From Acidobacteriota bacterium (GTDB lineage Bacteria > Acidobacteriota > Thermoanaerobaculia > Multivoradales > UBA5704), in NCBI GenBank assembly GCA_040005235.1, contig JBDTZG010000001.1, positions 128,001 through 192,000 on the forward strand: a DNA stretch of 64,000 bases, given 5' to 3'. The first letter of the stretch is position 1. Each line of letters starts with the position of its first letter. A program made the translations under genes and the position numbers. The notes beneath the pieces are model-generated. The model worked only from the letters and a program-made list of their open reading frames with translations. It ran no database searches and was not told where the DNA came from. Below, piece after piece: positions 62,201 through 64,000 of this stretch.

Positions 62201-64000
62201 CGGCGGCATCTGCCTCGCCCGCGGCTATCTCGACCGGCCGGCGATGACCGCCGCGGCATTCGTGCCGAACCCCTTCTCCGAGACCCCCGGCGAGCGGCTC
62301 TACGCCACAGGCGATCTCGCGAAGTGGCGCGCCGACGGCGCGATCGATTTCGTCGGCCGGATCGACGGCCAGATCAAGATCCGCGGCTTCCGCGTCGAGC
62401 TGGGGGAGATCGAAGCGGCTCTCTATCGCTGCCCGGGAGTGCGCGAAGCGGCGGTGATCGATCGCGAGGACACGCCGGGCCAGAAGCGGCTGGTGGCCTA
62501 CTTCGTCCCTGAGGTCGCCGATGCCGAGGCGCCTGCGGAACCCTCCGATCTACCGCGCGCGTTGCGCGAGCGGCTCGCCGCCGAGCTGCCGGCCTACATG
62601 GTGCCCGCGGCGTTCGTGGCGATTGAAAAGCTGCCGCTTTCGCCGACCGGAAAAGTCGATCGCAAAGCGCTCCCCGCGCCTCCCGCCGAAGCGGCGACCG
62701 TCTCCGGCTACGCGCCGCCGCGTACCGAGACCGAGACGCTGCTCGCGGCGATCTGGGCCGAGGCGCTCGGTCTCTCCCGCGTCGGCATTCACGACAACTA
62801 TTTCGCGCTCGGCGGCGACTCGATCCTGTCGATCCAGATCGTCGCGCGGGCCAACCAGGCCGGCTGCCGCATCGCGCCGCGCCAGCTGTTCCAGCACCAG
62901 ACCGTGGCCGAGCTGGCCGCCGTCGCCGGCACCATCGACGCGGTCGAAGCGGAGCAGGGAGCGGTGACTGGCGAGGCGCCGCTGTCGCCGATCCAAAGCT
63001 GGTTCCTCGCGAGCGACCGGCCCGACCGCCACTGGTTCAACCAGTCATTCCTGGTGAGCGTCGAGCGCGGGGTCGAACCGGCGGCGGTCGAGCAGGCGAT
63101 CTCAACTCTCGTCGAGCATCACGACGCGCTGAGGCTGCGGTTCGAAAAAAAGCTCACCGAGGGATGGAGGCAAGAGCTGGCGCCGGTGGGTTCCGCGAGC
63201 GACCTGCCCTTTGTGCACGTCGACCTCTCGGATCTGCCGGTAGGGGAGCGGCGAGCCGCGCTCGAAGCGAAATGCGCCGCCCTGCAGTCGAGCCTCGATC
63301 TTGAAAATGGACCGATCCTCCGCGCCGCCCTGTTCGATCTAGGTGCCGACGAGCCGCGCCGGCTGTTGCTCGCGATCCATCACCTCGCGGTCGACGGCGT
63401 TTCCTGGCGCATTCTGTTCGAAGACCTGGAGAATGCGCTCGCGGGCCGCGACCTGCCGGCCAAGACCACCTCGTGGAAAGCCTGGACCGAGAAGCTCGCG
63501 GCGCTTGACCTCGAAGGCGAAGCCGCCGATTGGCAAGACCGGCCGGAGATCTCGTTCCGACTGCCGATCGAGCCGCGCGGCGAGAATCTCGTCTCCGCCG
63601 CCAAGAGCGTCGCGGTCTCTTTCGACGCCGAAGAGACTCGCAGCCTGCTCCAAGCGCCCGCTGCTTACCGAGCGCAGATCCAGGACCTTCTGCTCACCGC
63701 CCTCCAAGCCACCCTCGCCGGCGATTCGCCGTTGCCGATCGAGCTGGAAGGCCACGGCCGCGAAGAGGATCTCGTCCCGAACGTCGACCTCACCCGCACC
63801 GTCGGCTGGTTCACCACGCTCTATCCGGTCACCCTCGAAGTCCCCGCGAACGCCGGCCCCGGAGAGCGCCTGAAGTCGATCAAAGAACGCCTCCACACCC
63901 TCCCGAGCCGAGGCTTGAGCCACGGCGTTCTCCGCTGGCTCGGACGGTCCGAAACGCGCACAGCGCTCGCCGCTTTTTCCCCCCCTGAGGTTTCTTTCAA
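56202..64000 (+). CDS. NRPS 4 (partial, runs off the window): C-A(aromatic)-T-C-A(unknown)-T-E...
   Basis: Absent from the ORF track, apparently because it has no stop inside the window. GTG at 56202 overlaps the upstream TGA after GGAGG. In-frame motifs: HHIVADG (56787), GGHSL (~59484), HHVISDG (60105), GGDSI (62811) and E-domain HHLAVDGVSW (63378), LEGHGRE, RTVGWFT. Confidence 0.93.
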   Translation, partial: MSEISEPDSAAELAADLEGDLEAERLALLDLLLEEEAEEAAAPAAAIGHATAPERIPLSLSQRRLWIADRLDPGTALFNIPASQRLSGELDIRALRAALQALVDRHESLRTTFSTADGNAGARGSSEGFQVIARHREVDLPRIDLSLLPLSLALQTSLRLSGLSQSRGFDLEQGPLLRFALIEMAPRDNVLLVTMHHIVADGWSLSIFQREFAAFYAGFAKNQPATLPALPIQYADFALWQRDWLRGEVLENQLAFWRDHLADAPFLAELPTDRPRPRVRNFRGGKVARLVADSVTEAFHRLVRGEGVTYFASALALGHAWLGRLTRSDDALIGSPIAGRHRIETEGVIGFFVSNLVFRAQLRGDPTARELLVRTREETLAILSHQDVPFDLLVEALAPERDLSTTPIYQVQLMAFEGQRRADASAHAADETARTRAMGGLRLTPLTSGDEMSMFDLSMTIAEGGRRLALQYNRDLFDAATIERMAGYFENLMAAFVAEPDRHLSEIAMIGQDERRQLLLEWNPPSSRAAFSQKTLLPEWVAIHAKSRPQAIAVEMGDMSLTYAELDERSNALARYLAMFGVGPEVRVGLCLMRSLDLVVGLIAVQKAGGAYLPLDPTYPIDRLAGMIEDAGLMLLLAQDATLDALPAGTAYVINLDRTDEMAAMMGDGGDEAGDGATPEPPPGPCPEHLAYVIFTSGSTGRPKGVMLAHDGLANLCAEQARIFAVGPESRVLQFASVSFDASVAEIAVALCAGAALVLGAPDDLLPGPGLVRLLASRRITKATIPPSALAVLPAGAEAELPDLRTLVVAGEACSPELAAIWGRGRRFVNAYGPTEATVCATAELFVEGKALTLGRPLSDVEIHVLGSRFEPLPVGVAGELLIGGRGLARGYLNRPDLTAERFVPHPFAAERGDFGDPGARLYRTGDLVRRLADGRIEFLGRIDHQVKVRGFRIELGEIEAALRAQAGVREVVVLARNDSGGGLSGGNADRLVAYLLAEPERELVPADLKAALSARLPEYMVPAAFVVLGAFPLTANGKVDRKALPTPELAHLHVEGVRYEAPRDAIETLVAEVFGEVLGLSGEISIHDSFFDLGGHSLLATQLLSRVRDAFGVELALRQVFEAQTIASFSRAIEAAQREARGLESGPIERRPRVAGADLPLSFAQERLWFLDQLEPGSPTYNIPSALRVRGALDPLRLAAALRYLERRHESLRTTFPTRAGRAAQEIAAPDSVDSPRGALLFARVDLAALSEARREVETLRLAGKEAIRPFDLATGPLGRVVLVHLSPQPATEQALLLTVHHVISDGWSMGVFVRELAEVHSALVEGREPDANVLPPLPIQYADFAAWQRGWLTGDVLARQIDHWRRHLLGAPELLALPTDRPRPAIQSYRGASVARPSAPGTVERLHALSRAEGATLFMTLLAGWSTLLYRYTGQTDIPVGTPIANRNRAEVEGLIGFFVNTLVLRTRVAPRQSFRALLGTVRESTLEGYAHQDLPFEKLVEAIAPERNLSYSPLFQSMLVLQNNPDRPLELPGLEISGLAMSGEVSKYDLTLNAIELGPRLACRVVYSTALFEAATVERILGHLHALLHALLDQPDRPVGTLDLFSGEERRTLLIEWNEPAVVHPSEGYLPQMFEERVDAGPARIAVEFDSRTESERAAGGAGFSMLTYAELDARANRLARHLRRAGVGPETRVGVCLERSLDLPVALLAVLKAGAAYLPLDPSLPEDRLRHLVADASAPVVVTVGRFVERLGTDRTDRFDRFGGPHLVLLDDAATAAAIAEEPAERLLPAALGEHPAYVIYTSGSTGQPKGVVVTHGALGNRLRYALATDFATDAEVFLQKTTISFDVSVLEIFAPLVSGGRTVLPEPEGHRDPAYLVRLIAERRITQASFPPSTLALLLDSGALDECRDLRLLVTGGETVPADLPNRVHERLPWIDVYNRYGPTEATISVTSWLCRPDAAERSLPIGRPTAKAHVYLLDREGEPTPVGVPGELHLGGICLARGYLDRPAMTAAAFVPNPFSETPGERLYATGDLAKWRADGAIDFVGRIDGQIKIRGFRVELGEIEAALYRCPGVREAAVIDREDTPGQKRLVAYFVPEVADAEAPAEPSDLPRALRERLAAELPAYMVPAAFVAIEKLPLSPTGKVDRKALPAPPAEAATVSGYAPPRTETETLLAAIWAEALGLSRVGIHDNYFALGGDSILSIQIVARANQAGCRIAPRQLFQHQTVAELAAVAGTIDAVEAEQGAVTGEAPLSPIQSWFLASDRPDRHWFNQSFLVSVERGVEPAAVEQAISTLVEHHDALRLRFEKKLTEGWRQELAPVGSASDLPFVHVDLSDLPVGERRAALEAKCAALQSSLDLENGPILRAALFDLGADEPRRLLLAIHHLAVDGVSWRILFEDLENALAGRDLPAKTTSWKAWTEKLAALDLEGEAADWQDRPEISFRLPIEPRGENLVSAAKSVAVSFDAEETRSLLQAPAAYRAQIQDLLLTALQATLAGDSPLPIELEGHGREEDLVPNVDLTRTVGWFTTLYPVTLEVPANAGPGERLKSIKERLHTLPSRGLSHGVLRWLGRSETRTALAAFSPPEVSF

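Overview
GC-rich bacterial DNA. IPTL-CTERM, ELWxxDGT and Calx-beta proteins suggest an Acidobacteriota/Thermoanaerobaculia-like host, which is an inference only. The window has five zones. (1) 1-1.6 kb is a scar of gene fragments with a HigBA-like toxin-antitoxin pair whose toxin is truncated. (2) 1.8-12.7 kb holds a serpin-like protein, a cupin, an M19 dipeptidase, a zinc-ribbon protein and a run of secreted proteins, two of which share an unnamed Cys-containing domain (one copy is fused to a blue-copper and two Calx-beta domains). (3) 12.8-21.7 kb is a complete type I restriction-modification operon (hsdM-hsdS-AlbA_2/Schlafen-like gene-hsdR-YgjP-like protease). (4) 21.7-24.8 kb holds a BNR lipoprotein, a Phd-VapC pair and a truncated globin. 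(5) From 25.3 kb to the edge are four translationally coupled NRPS/PKS genes (10 NRPS modules and 1 PKS module visible). The predicted partial backbone is X-(Aad/Glu)-beta-keto-Gly-Gly-Tyr-Gln-Ar-Ser(Dha?)-Thr-Ar-D-Xaa. Unusual parts are a Lys2-like A domain, a KR-less PKS module, an in-line sulfotransferase after the Tyr module, a modAA-like C domain and an A domain with Arg in its pocket. All specificity codes were read by eye against GrsA numbering; no searches were run.
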